Of a stretch of 64,000 nt of DNA, positions 24,677 through 36,200 are shown one piece after another. The notes beneath the pieces are model-generated. The model was not told the DNA's origin, did no database searches, and was given only the letters and a program-made list of their open reading frames with translations. Position 1 is the first letter of the stretch. The number at the start of each line of letters is the position of its first letter. The translations under genes and the position numbers were made by a program. Location: NCBI GenBank assembly GCA_950097015.1, contig CATNEN010000038.1:7254001-7318000 (forward strand), read 5' to 3'. This DNA is from Macrostomum hystrix. Lineage: Eukaryota; Animalia; Platyhelminthes.

Positions 24677-27600
24677 GACCCTGAACCTTTCTGCTGCTGC
24701 CACCACCAACTAATCAGCATCGGCGTCTGCAGCGGCTGACGCAAACCCGCGCTGATGGGCCGCCGAAAGCCAGCGAATCCGGTCACTGGCGAGGCAGCCT
24801 CAAGAGCGAGCAGCCAGGTCTGAATCGCGAGCTTCAGTGAGGAATTCTGCCCTGCTAATCCTACTCGTGGAATACTTAAAGGCCAGCAAAAGCAATAGCC
24901 AAGTCCTGAATCGGCTCACACCGGGTCCCTCGTCGGTTGGGTTATGGGCGGAAAGAGCCCAGGGCGTGCAGCATCTTATCCTGTCTGCACTGCAAACACA
25001 ACTGTATCCTCCGGCACTACATTCCCCCGCTCTCCCACGACCCATCCCTCAAACACGTATTCTAGAATCGGAAGTGCTGCGATTGGCCAGCGTTCGTTAG
25101 TGCCGACTGCCGACTGGGGTCGCGAGAACACGAACAATACGCGCGTCGAAGTGTCTGCGCCTTGCCGCAGAAGATTGGCCCAACCCCAACGGAATAGACG
25201 ACTGACGGTTCAGCTCGATCTAACCCCCCCACCGCCCGGCAGATGCAGTGGTATCAGTAATCGCCATGTGTGTACTTTAGCAGCGTGCACAAAATGCCTC
25301 CCGAAATACAATGCAGTTGGGAGAGGGCGCACTACTGGCAATGGCGCAACGGAGCAATACCACTGCTGCAGTTGCTGCTGCCGCTGTTGGGCCCTGCATT
25401 GGTTTGTTCAGTTCATCCGTGCCCAGTTTAACCCGCTGCCGATGCAGCCGCCCCCGACCGTCCATCCCACTGCCCCGCTAATACACGCTGCCGGAAAATG
25501 GAACCCCCACGGGACGAGGGTCGCCGGCGCATTCGCCACCCCTAGCCCAGCGCTTAGGCCTTCTCTTCCCGTCCTGAAAACCCTCGCGCCCTGTGTCAGG
25601 GTCGAATGGGGAGGGCGAGGGAAGAGAGCTTTAGCAGCAGCAGCGGCGGCAGCTGGGGGAATTAAAAAGCAAACGAGGAAATGGAGATGGAGATGGACAC
25701 AGCAGGCAAGAGGAGAGCTTGCAAATAGGACAAGGATTTTTGTTTTAGGGGCGGGGGCAGGGGCCTTTTCCAGCCTGAACTGGAGATAATTTTCTGCGTC
25801 CTCTGCGCCCTCTCGCCTCTCCGTCTCATTTTAAGCATCTCCGATCGGCTGGGATCTAGCGGGCAAGCTCCATAATAGCTGGGTGTTGATTTTCTCCATC
25901 AGGATTCTTGCTTCAATATAACGCCTGTATATTGACCAAGGCAGATGCAAGGCAAGACATTTCCCCAGGAGATGGGAATTCAATTCTAATGACGACTTAT
26001 TCGCAGAAGAGAACAATACGACCAGAGCTGTTTAATCAGCGAAACTATAGGGGTTTGTAGGAAATTAAATTATGTTCCCGGAGCCTAATTCAGTTCTAAC
26101 TTCTAAGTCTTTCGTTTGCGTGCTGTTCCGTGCACTTTTCCTGCAGGCGCTCGTTCGGGAGGCCGCATAGCTCAGTCTCCTTGTGTATCAGCCTCCTCGC
26201 CCCAATTATTCAGCTCTGCAGGGGGCGGCAGAGACCCGCTGGTCAAGTTCGATATGCAAAAAGGATGCTTGGAAGCGGAGACGAAATAGTCCCTGTGAGA
26301 GGCAAATCGTGAGAGAGTGGATGTCAATTCGTGAAGACAGCCATGGGGTGCTCTTTGGTGCGCTGCTGACTTTAGAAAAGCAAATTTCTGCAGACCAAGT
26401 CTCTCTTTCACACTGAATTTCTAGGCCTGCAGAATTCAAGGATCTTGGTCACAAACTGCAGAATAAGCCTGCTCCGACTGGTCAGTATTGGTGATCAACT
26501 CACGAAGGTCTGTGAGAAAACTTCCAGATGCCAACGTTCTGTGGAGGCTAATGGAAGCTTGCTTAAATTCATGCCAAGAACCCCGGCGACGCGGTATCCA
26601 TTCAATACGGTACAATGTACTTTAGAGCAGAGTGCTTGACAAAAATACGACTGACAAAATGCATCACGTTGCTTCTCAAGCACGGAAGAAAAGTCTAGAA
26701 TATTTTCTGTCAAGAAATGTCGAAAAATGCGATATACGAGTTTTTAAAAAATCTATCAATCAGTGTGCAATGATGTGAACTCAGCGCCCAACTCAATTGT
26801 GGGATCCGCGTGGCCAACAGCACAGCTGGGCGCGACCGGCAGTAAAGCGCCGATGCTTGCCCTAGCGCCCCTATAATCCGGAAGCAATATTAGTGTTTTG
26901 TGCATCTCTTTCTGAAATGTGCAGCCACAAAGCCAAGCCACAACACAGAAGCAGCAGAGGGGCAAATTTGGCCATCATCGATCCATTCTCGCTTTTGCGC
27001 TCCGAGCTGTTTGGCAAAGTGGACAGCGAGAAAAATTTGCAAAGTTCGGCATTGAAACTGCGAGGCGTCGTGGGCAGCCATCCAATGATAAATTGCTTTA
27101 AAATAATTTACAGAAAAATACGCATTGTTCCACCTACCTCTATTTTTTATTGGTATATTTTCAGCAAAAGTGAACATCATCGACATTGAAATTTCAAATC
27201 TCAAAACAGCTCGTGACCACTTCAAAAAACCAGCTGAATAGAGCTGGAACAATCGGGCTGCCTGGCACAAGCAGTCACAGGCTGCGATGAATTATGTTTT
27301 GTCGCTTTTCTCAAGCGTAACTAAAAAGAAATGACGGTAGGTACTTCATCTGTCCGCGACTTGTCTTTAGTCTTGACTAGTGCTTGGTTTTTGCACCACG
27401 ACAATGATAGTAATGATTGATTTCCCCAGCCCTGAATAAATCAGGTGTTCGCGCGGCGCAACCGAAGGCTGGTCAGTCCATGGACTGGGTGACACCACAT
27501 CCACCCTTAATAATCCCAGCTTATGCTGGGAAAGTAACATAGTAACAGCTGGGTGTTTCGATAAGTATTTTGCTTGGTTATCGCATTGAAACGAGATTTT

Positions 27601-28190
27601 TATTTCCGTTTGTTGACAGCATTCATGCGCCATGAGCTAAAAATAGATTCAGATCAGCGAGGATACAGATGATAGATGATAGAGGCTAGATTATTCACAT
27701 TTTAGTTACCTTTGCGAGCCTAAGGGGGTAAAAGTGCTGCAGGCTCGTCTGCTTCGAAATTGTCTGAATTTACAGACAGTTGAGGCTACTGAAGATTGTT
27801 TGCTCCTACGTGCAAAAATAAAAACATCTTTTTTCTCTAAAGTCGAACTCAGACTGTTGCCACACAGTTGCTTTTTAAGCATGCGATAAGTGCTTCGGCT
27901 TAGACATTGTGTGTTCAATAAAGTATCTACTTTATGGCCCGTGATCCCATCGATATGGTACTGTCACTGACTGTTCTCCGTCGGTATCTATAAGTACATC
28001 ACCTGGGCCAATTAACAAGTTACTATTCATCAGGAGACTGTACTTCATACAATGGCACTTGCGGACTGAAATTCTGTCAGCTTTAGATTGCGAATAAACT
28101 GTTTCCGGATTTTCCTTATATAGCCATGCACTCAATGCAAGCTCTGCTGCGACACTTAACAAAAGAAGTGCTTTCAAGAACTGCGACACT

Positions 28191-28749
28191 CGTGACGATT
28201 TGCGGCATCGCCGCGGGCTTGCATGGGCGGCCTTCCGTTCCGTGAGGACCGTTCTGCAGTCCGAGGCCCTACCTGACCGTCAGAGGGCAGCGTTGTTCCG
28301 GGCGCTGATCGAGACCGTCCTCTTCTTGTACAACGCCGAGACCTGGACGCTGACGGACTCGCTTGAACATCAGGTCGACGCGGCGCACGCTGGCCTGCTG
28401 CGCGCTGCCTTCAAGATCGGCGACCAGCGAGTCTCCAATGCGGCACTCTACCGCCGCGCCGGCCTGGCCCGGCCAAGCGAACTTCTGCGCCATCGGCGAC
28501 TCCAGCTCGCAGGCCATGTCATCCGCGCCGAGTCGTACTGCCCAGAGCCGGTGCAGGAGGTCCTGCTGCTCACGGTACAAGCACCCTACCGGCGAGGACA
28601 GGCGCGCACCCGGCGCTACGTCGACTGCCTGCTGGATGATGCCGGCGCTCCGGACTCTGCCGGCGGCGCGGCCTTTGTTCGCGCCCAGGCCCTCAAGCGC
28701 GCCCTCAAGACGCTGTACTAGACCCTGACAGCGTACTATGTTGTTGTTT
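28191..28749 (+). mobile_element. 5'-truncated RTE-type non-LTR retrotransposon (3' end of ORF)
   Basis: LFLYNAETWTLT...RRLQLAGHVIR is typical of the RTE C-terminus; (TGT)n tail; flanking GACACT direct repeat (28185-28190 and 28750-28755). Confidence 0.85.
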
Positions 28750-29247
28750 GACACTTAACCTACTTCGGGTTAGCGATAAAACTTGGTTTGGCCCTAATTT
28801 AGAGGTTTACTTGATAAAATTTCAGAGTCCTGCCAATTTGTGCCAGTTGCAAGAGTTTGACTTAAACTGACTTAAACGGTTTAAGTCGGTGATATTGATG
28901 TTAAATTTGATGTTATTTGATGTTAAATAAAGATGACTTTAAATTGCACACTAAACTGCTATTTTATTACAGAAAATAATCTTGAAACATGACGACGAAA
29001 CAGCCACTCATTTAATGATTTAATGACAAAAAGCCATAATGGGATTTCGGGGCAGAATGAGATGTCAGGACTCAGGACGTGATCGTGAAATTTTTTCTCG
29101 GCAGTCGCCAACCGAAACGGAAATATTTCATCAAGCATAATTCCTGACTACTGCATGTCAATTTTTATCGATAAAATTTTAAAAGAGAATGTGGGGCAGA
29201 CTAAACCCGCAAGACATTGCTGAGCAAATTGAAGCCTAGAAATCCAG

Positions 29248-29469
29248 CTCAAAAGCCTGCGTGTCGCGAATCAATAATTTATTACTCATCAACGAGTTCT
29301 GTAGCAATCCCAGAGAGATTAGGGCGGAGTAGGGCTTGCTCCGGTTTGCTAATCCGCTGCTTGCTTACTTCAACCAGCTTGAGAATATTGAGCACAGGCC
29401 TTGGCAATACGAGATGGATTAACCGCCATCTTCAAAAATACAAGCAGCTTGACGATAAGCCCAAGTAGC
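29248..29469 (+). repeat. About 220-bp segment duplicated at 32102-32323
   Basis: Near-identical; only two mismatches seen by eye. Confidence 0.92.
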
Positions 29470-29559
29470 CCAGGACTCCATTAGAGCTGTGTTGTATTTT
29501 CATACTTTGTCATTTGTTTTGAGTGTGTGAAACATTTAAAGTACAAACCATCATTGCCA

Positions 29560-29906
29560 CAAGGCTTCCAGCAAGCTCCAGCAAGCTCCAGCAAGCTCCA
29601 GCAAGCTCCAGCAAGCTCCAGCAAGCTCCAGCGAGCTCCAGCAAGGCTTCCAGCAAACTCCAGCAAGCTCCAGCAAGCTCCAGCAAGGCTTCCAGCAAGC
29701 TCCAGCAAGCTCCAGCGAGCTCCAGCAAGGCTTCCAGCAAGCTCCAGCAAGCTCCAGCGAGCTCCAGCAAGGCTTCCAGCAAGGCTTCCAGCAAGCTCCA
29801 GCAAAGCTCCAGCGAGCTCCAGGAAGGCTTCCAGCAAGGCTTCCAGCAAGCTCCAGCAAGCTCCAGCGAGCTCCAGCAAGGCTTCCAGCAAGCTCCAGCA
29901 AGCTCG
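29560..29906. repeat. 10-11 bp minisatellite (CCAGCAAGCT)
   Basis: Visible periodicity. Confidence 0.95.
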
Positions 29907-29989
29907 AGGTTCAAACAGAATTGTATCCGGGCTAACCATAAAATGGACAACACAGCTCCTGTTCTAGGGGTTGTAGAAGTTGTAATACT

Positions 29990-30200
29990 GTTGTAGTCCA
30001 GTGGTTAAGAGGTCGGACTTATGTGCAAATGAGTATTTTCTTGTTGCTGATGTTGTTTTTGTTGTCAAGACACCAAACTCTGCATTGCTGCTGCTCACCC
30101 AGCTCTTTAAATGGGTACCAGAATTAGCTGGCGCAATTGAGGGTCGATGGTGGTTTCCCCCCCAGTCCATGGACTGAACAGCCGAACGCAGTCTTCAGCT
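29990..30200 (+). mobile_element. SINE family A degenerate copy
   Basis: TAGTCCAGTGGTTAA...TTAAATGGGTACCAG...CAGTCCATGGACTGAACAGC. Confidence 0.75.
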
Positions 30201-31770
30201 GACTACAAGGAAAAAGAACCAATTCTGTTGCGCCAGATGTACCGCTCATGGCCGGAAACTGTACTTAATACAGACAAGTATCCATTGCTTTGCCAAGAAA
30301 TGTAAATTTCTAACTAGAAAATATTAAACCCGTACTTGTCACAGCATTAGTGGAATGATCCACTCAGAAAACTGAAAGGTGGAATTTTCTAGCAAATAAC
30401 CGGCAGAAAATGAAACTAAAAGTTTAGTCTATTTTTAGCCACAGGTACAACTTCTTGCACGCGAGTGTTTGGAGGCCGTCTTCAAGCGAAACGCTCTCTT
30501 GGCTTGTACCGAACCGAAAAAGGCATGCAAGACCAAAATCTGAACAAAAAAGTTAAAGACAGATGCGGTTTTCAAGCCAACACACAACTCGCCAGCTATA
30601 GAGCAGGCAGTAAAAGCGAAGATTGTTTCCGACGACACTCCGGGAAAGCCATGCATTGCGTGTGCAGCCTCGTGCGGACTGCAGCAATCTGTTGCACCGA
30701 GCTTTTTCTCTTTTTGAAAGAAGCTGCAGAGCGCAACAAGAATTGAAACTGACGTTGGCGCTAATACCCCCGGACTCTATTTTGCTCTGCACTGTTGGAA
30801 AAAGCAGCACAGGCGCGGCAGCTGGCTCCGTCAGGCAAGGCAGCCAGTCGGCACTGCTACTGCGGCCCTCTCCTTTGCCCTTCTTTGTCTCAGCTGCCAG
30901 TTACCTTTCAGTGCCGCTCCGGTGCTCCCCAGAGCTACTGTTACAGCCTCTCGAAATGGCAAGGGGGACCACGGCGCTATATAAATTGTGAGAGGTCGGG
31001 ACGTCACAAGATTTTCTTTCCTTGCAAAAAGTGTACATCCACCCTACGCCGGCACGGAGGAATCTTCGCAGCAACAGAGGCACCAGCGGGCAGGTGAAGC
31101 GAAATAAGACTAAAAGAAGATTATTGCAAGAAGTTTGCTGCGCACATCCCTATACTTGCAATCTAGGTCGTGCTTTCCAATCGGCTTGCGTTTGCTTTGA
31201 GATTCACTTCATGTCCAAGGCTAGGCTGCGAATCTAAAGTAACGTCCGGGATAATTGTTCGGGAAAAAAAGAAGACTAAAAAAATTACTCTCAATGAAGA
31301 TTTTAGGATCTTCATTGAGATCCTAAAGCAAACGGTCGCGTCTTTTCTTTACCAGAAGTGAAACGGAAACTTTCAAGACTAGAATAAAAGCAAACCAGGC
31401 CTTGGTGTCCCAGAAAGGTGAAAGCACTAGACTTGAACACTTCTAAATAAATGCAAATATCAATCAGGAAGCACAGCAGAACACATTGGAAATAATAGCC
31501 GACTGTCAGCTGATGATTGTAAATAAGTTTGGATTCGGAAATTTTATTCGATAGATTCCGAAGCCCAAAAGTTATTAAAAATAAACACTTAACATACTAC
31601 TAAAGTAGACTGCTCCACAAAGGTGACTTTTTTGTGCGACTTTTGGCATATTGAAGTGAAAATTATATTTTTTTAAAACCAATGGATCAAGCGATGTAAC
31701 CACCGATTAAACATATGGTAATAACCTATGGAACATTGGGTAATAACTAATGGACCATCGGGTATTAACC

Positions 31771-32980
31771 AGGGGGTCGGTGGCAGAGCGGTTATCGCGT
31801 TTGCCTTTCGCACGCACACCTGCTCGCGCAGTCCTCGACTGCGTCGCGCAACTCAACCACTTAGGGACCCACAACAAGGTGTCCAGGGCACTCTGGCAAC
31901 CCCGCTAACGAATTGGCGGACAGCCTCGCCAAGGCCGGTTCGACGGGTTCGCTTTTTGGCCCCATGCCTGCGATCTCCACCCGTACCGCCGTCGTCAACA
32001 CTCGGATTAACCAGTGGGTGGTCTCTAAGCACAAGGACAGGTGGATCAATACCGCCGATTGTCGGCAGTCCCGCGCTGTTGTTCCTTGTCCCTCCACTGC
32101 CCTCAAAAGCCTGCGTGTCGCGAATCAATAATTTATTACTCATAAACGAGTTCTGTAGCAATCCCAGAGAGATTAGGGCAGAGTAGGGCTTGCTCCGGTT
32201 TGCTAATCCGCTGCTTGCTTACTTCAACCAGCTTGAGAATATTGAGCACAGGCCTTGGCAATACGAGATGGATTAACCGCCATCTTCAAAAATACAAGCA
32301 GCTTGACGATAAGCCCAAGTAGCAGGTGAAGCTTGGGCTAAACCGCAGGGACATCAGGGCAGTTACCATGGCCCTCTCTGGCCATGGCCGTTTCGCCAGG
32401 CACCGCTTCCTGCAAGGCAAAATCCGCAGTGAGGAGTGCCCTTTCTGCCTCTCCTACGTTGAGGATGCAGAGCATTTTATTTGCGACTGCCCCGCCTTCA
32501 CTCAGGACCGGCTCACCTATCTCGGCTCAAACCCGGATTCCCCCGACGTTTTCATGCCTGAGAACATCTGCCAGCTCGTCCGTTACCTTAGGGCCACCGG
32601 GCGAGCGACTCTCCACCTCCTGGACTCTCCGGAGGAGGACCGCGCTGCGGACGCCGGCATCACCGGATCTCCCTGCGCGACACCGCAGCTCTAGTTGCCC
32701 GTGGTCGCCAGGGGCTAGCGGAATGGATGCCCCCTGCAGCTAAGTCAAGTAAGTCAAAGAGGGCCAGCCTTCAAGACGCAGTAAAAATAAAGAGACGATG
32801 AGAAAGTCACTTGTACTGTGCCTGTGCCTGCTGTGAGCTTGTGCCTGCGTACGGTATCTGTGTGCGTGTGTGCTCAGGAGTCAGTGAAATGGGCAGAATT
32901 GCCTCCTCGTTGGCTGCGGCCTGCGGGTCTAGTGTCACCAAATGATGTGCCATTGCCCACAGCCCTCCTGCAACTACTAT
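31771..32980 (+). mobile_element. SINE family B copy split by a LINE fragment
   Basis: Head at 31771-31812; remaining body and tail at about 32795-32980. Confidence 0.7.
31813..32757 (+). mobile_element. 5'-truncated non-LTR retrotransposon (RNase H C-terminus plus CCHC knuckle; I/R1-group-like)
   Basis: [19 protein letters not shown] RNase H end, ALSGHG..CPFC...EDAEHFICDCPAF, tail TAAGTCAAGTAAGTCAA. Confidence 0.82.
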
Positions 32981-33216
32981 GATTAAAAATGATATCAAAG
33001 CAATGTACAGGCATAAAACAAAAAGAACCAACGCAATTGATACAGCGAAATATAATATCTGAAGTAATAGATATGAAAGTTGGTAAGTTTAGTTAGCTTG
33101 ATTGACAACGCATATTTTATTAGAGTTTATTCAATAATAGCAACAGCACAAGCTGAACTCGTGTCAGGAACAAGCTAGAAAATGCTCAGGCAGAGGCTGC
33201 AGGTGAGCCTACACTG

Positions 33217-35335
33217 TCACAGGAAGAACCGGCGCCTGCTCTGGTCCATCTCGTGTCGCTTGTGCAACCACTCGTAGCCACCGCCGCTGCCAAGCGGGCC
33301 AGTCTGCAGAGAGCGCAGCTTCAGCGTGAATCGCGGCCCGACCTCCTGGAGGGCGCAGCGAGGCTTCGCGCCGGGCTTGGCATTGGGCCCCGGCTGGCGC
33401 AGGATGTACCGGTGGTGCCGGAAGAACACGTAGTCGCGCTGATTGTGAAAGGTGATGACGCGGGCGTGCCGCCTTACCCCGCCGTTGCCGGCTCCGCCGC
33501 CGGGGAACAAGCTGGCGAGGCCGCGAGCCACCCTGCGGCCCAGGCGAGTGTGGAATCGGTTGCACAGCACCTGGGGTGCCACCGTCTCGGGTTTTTCATC
33601 CTCCGGCGGCTTAGGCAGCTCTCGAGGCAGCCGAACACTCGACAGACGGAAGGCGAAGGTGGGCCCGGCCGGCAGGTGGGTGAGCAGGGCGGTGCAAGGC
33701 TTTTTGTCGTGCTCACCGATGATCTAGATAGTAAATGATCGGCGAGGAATTCCTATGGTGTCAAATTGTCTAATTTAACAATATACCTTCAGGGGCCTGA
33801 TGCTACCCTGACCAGACAATCCTTCAGGGGCCTGATGCTACCCTGACCAGACAATCCTTCAGGGGCCTGATGCTACCCTGACCAGACAATCCTTCAGGGG
33901 CCTGATGCTACCCTGACCAGACAATCCTTTAGGGGCCTGATGCTACCCTGACCAGACAAAACTTCAGGGGCCTGATGCTACCCTGACCAGACAAAACTTC
34001 AGGGGCCTGCTGCTACCCTGACCAGACAAAACTTCAGGGGCCTGCTGCTACTCTGACCAGACAAAACTTCAGGGGCCAGAACCTCAAGTTGAACTCTAAA
34101 GATAATCTTACATAACAGAATATGAAGCTTCACAAAAATAATTCATTACACCTGCCCTAATTAAGTCAGAAGTGCAGCCGACAGCACAGCCGCAGCTGTT
34201 GCGCGGCGCATCTGAAGGTTTGCGTATGGCTGTTCAGTCCATGGACTGGATCCATGGACTGGAACAGTAGTGTGGCAGTTTCTCATCGTCAGGCCGTGTA
34301 CACTCTCACTGTGCCTTGGAGGTTGGCCCTCAAGGGCGTAAATTGCACGACAAGCACCCAGGCCTTCTCTCCGCGGCTGCGCCTCGTGGCCTAGCCACGG
34401 AATCGAGCTCCGGGACCTTGGTTCGATAGGCAAACGCGTTAAACCGCTCAGCCACTCACCCCCGAAACCTGAAGCAACCCAGAGAAATGCGCATCTCAGC
34501 ATCAGCCAGATCTCACCATCACAGCGGTGAAGTCGCGAGTTTTCGCCGCGGCCAGCAGACGGCTCAGCGGAGCTCGCCGACGTCGGCAGAACACGGCGCC
34601 AGGAACGGTGCGGGCTAAACAGCGGCAGAAGGCAGCGGTGCGACGGCCGACCTCGTCCGCATGAGTGATCAGCAGGCGTGGAGACCTGGCGTGGCCTGTG
34701 GGGGAGATTCAGAACAATGTCATATTCAGACGACAGATTCACAGTAGACAATTTCGGGAGAAACTAAAATACCTGCTATACTTTCCTTGAGTAGATGAAT
34801 CTCACCTAGGGTTGCAGTCTCAAAATCTCATCCTAGGGTTGCAGTCTCAAAATCTCATCCTAGGGTTGCAGTCTCAAAATCTCATCCTAGGGTTGCAGTC
34901 TCAAAATCTCAGTCAGCTAAAGCCTGGCATGCATTTCACCCTGTTCTCACCGCCATCAACTCCGCATTCCATAATGTCGGCGAACTCGTCAGCCGCTTCC
35001 TCGGCGTCAACCTCAAGATCGCCGCCCGGCCCGGTCATGGTGGCATCGGGGAGCCGCAGAGACTCGAGAGTGTGCGGCTCCTTCGGCTGCTGGCCGGAGC
35101 TGCCAGTCTGCCTGCGGCTGCGGCTGGCCGCCTCCTTGGCCTTGCGCTCGGCCTGGCGAACCTGCTGATAAGCTGCCTGCCTGCGCTGCTTATTGCGAAT
35201 GCCACTCAGCCGCTGCTTGAGGCTGGCCAACTCACTGGCGCTGGCCTCCGCCGAAGGTGCTGACTTGGATTTGGCAGCCGGCTTCTTTAGCGAATTAGCC
35301 GAAGAGTTCTGGTTGGCATTGTGCCTAACTGCCAT
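33217..35335 (-). CDS. RPF1: Ribosome production factor 1 (Brix domain)
   Basis: Exons 35335-34951, 34695-34517, 33723-33217 in compatible phases; motifs PHTLESLR, HLPAGPT, TFHNQRDYVFFRHHRY, LQEVGPRFTLKLRSLQ, SRRRFFL. Confidence 0.93.
33787..34078. repeat. 35-bp minisatellite in RPF1 intron 2
   Basis: About 8 units CCTTCAGGGGCCTGATGCTACCCTGACCAGACAAT. Confidence 0.95.
34165..34460 (-). mobile_element. Adjacent SINE A 3' fragment and SINE B 5' fragment in RPF1 intron 2
   Basis: 34165-34250 matches family A; 34278-34460 matches family B. Confidence 0.75.
34797..34910. repeat. 27-bp minisatellite in RPF1 intron 1
   Basis: About 4 units AATCTCATCCTAGGGTTGCAGTCTCAA. Confidence 0.92.
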
Positions 35336-35409
35336 GTCGCTGAATAGAAACTTTATTTATTAATTCATTAGTCAGCAGTTGCGAAATATTTTTTCTCACT
35401 TTAAAATTT

Positions 35410-35650
35410 GACGTGAAGGTCGTGAGTTCGAATTCCAGCCTGAGGGAAGCTCTTTGTGTCCTTAAGAAGTAGCACACTTTAATTCACCATTACTTCAGTT
35501 AACCCAGCTGTAAAATGGGTATCAGCTTCAGCTGAGGGGTAGAAAATAAGGTAGAAATTAATCCATGGACTGAACAGCTGTACATCAGCTTTTGGCCTTA
35601 CAGCTTTATAGCTGTAGCTGTGCCACAGGCTATACATCTGGCTAATTAAA
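35410..35650 (+). mobile_element. SINE family A decayed copy
   Basis: GAAGGTCGTGAGTTCGAATTCC, ACCCAGCTGTAAAATGGGTA, CCATGGACTGAACAGC. Confidence 0.75.
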
Positions 35651-36074
35651 TTATATAATATTGTCTACTCCAGTACTATCAATCAAGGTAAATTATTGAC
35701 CCACAGCTAAGGATAGGATATGGGGTTGAATGGCAGAGCAGTCAATGTTTCATACATGTGCAACCTCCCAAATCTTAGCTGGCCATGCGACTTAGTTTTT
35801 GCTCTATTTACGACTTAGTTTGCTCTCATTTGCTCTTTTTCTCTCCCCTTTTTCCTTTTCTTCACGCATTCTTTTTTTGTCCCTTGGTCCCCCCTTTGAT
35901 TTTTTGGGCTTGGTCAATTGGATTTTGCAACTTACCTTGCTTGGCCCTCATTTCACCCGGATGGTTTGGCCGGTTCGGCCGGGTGTTGCCCATGTATGAT
36001 ATGTTTGCTCTTGAACCAAGGCTTAGGGTATTGTTATACAGTTTAAACTCTTGTGGGACAACCTCCAAAGCAAA

Positions 36075-36200
36075 GTGAAAGTGTACACTGTCACTGCAGT
36101 ATATGTGTTTATGTGCTCAGGAGTCAGCAAAATGAGCAGAATTGCCTTCTTGCTGGCTACAGGTCTAGTGTTACCAAATGATCTGGCATTACCTTCCTGA
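36075..36200 (+). mobile_element. SINE family B decayed fragment
   Basis: GTGTACACTG...GCTCAGGAGTCAGC...GGTCTAGTGTTACCAAATGAT. Confidence 0.7.

Noticed and set aside
24944-25789. 281-aa plus-strand ORF upstream of Slo1
   Set aside because: No recognisable domain; GC-rich probable 5'UTR/promoter region read antisense
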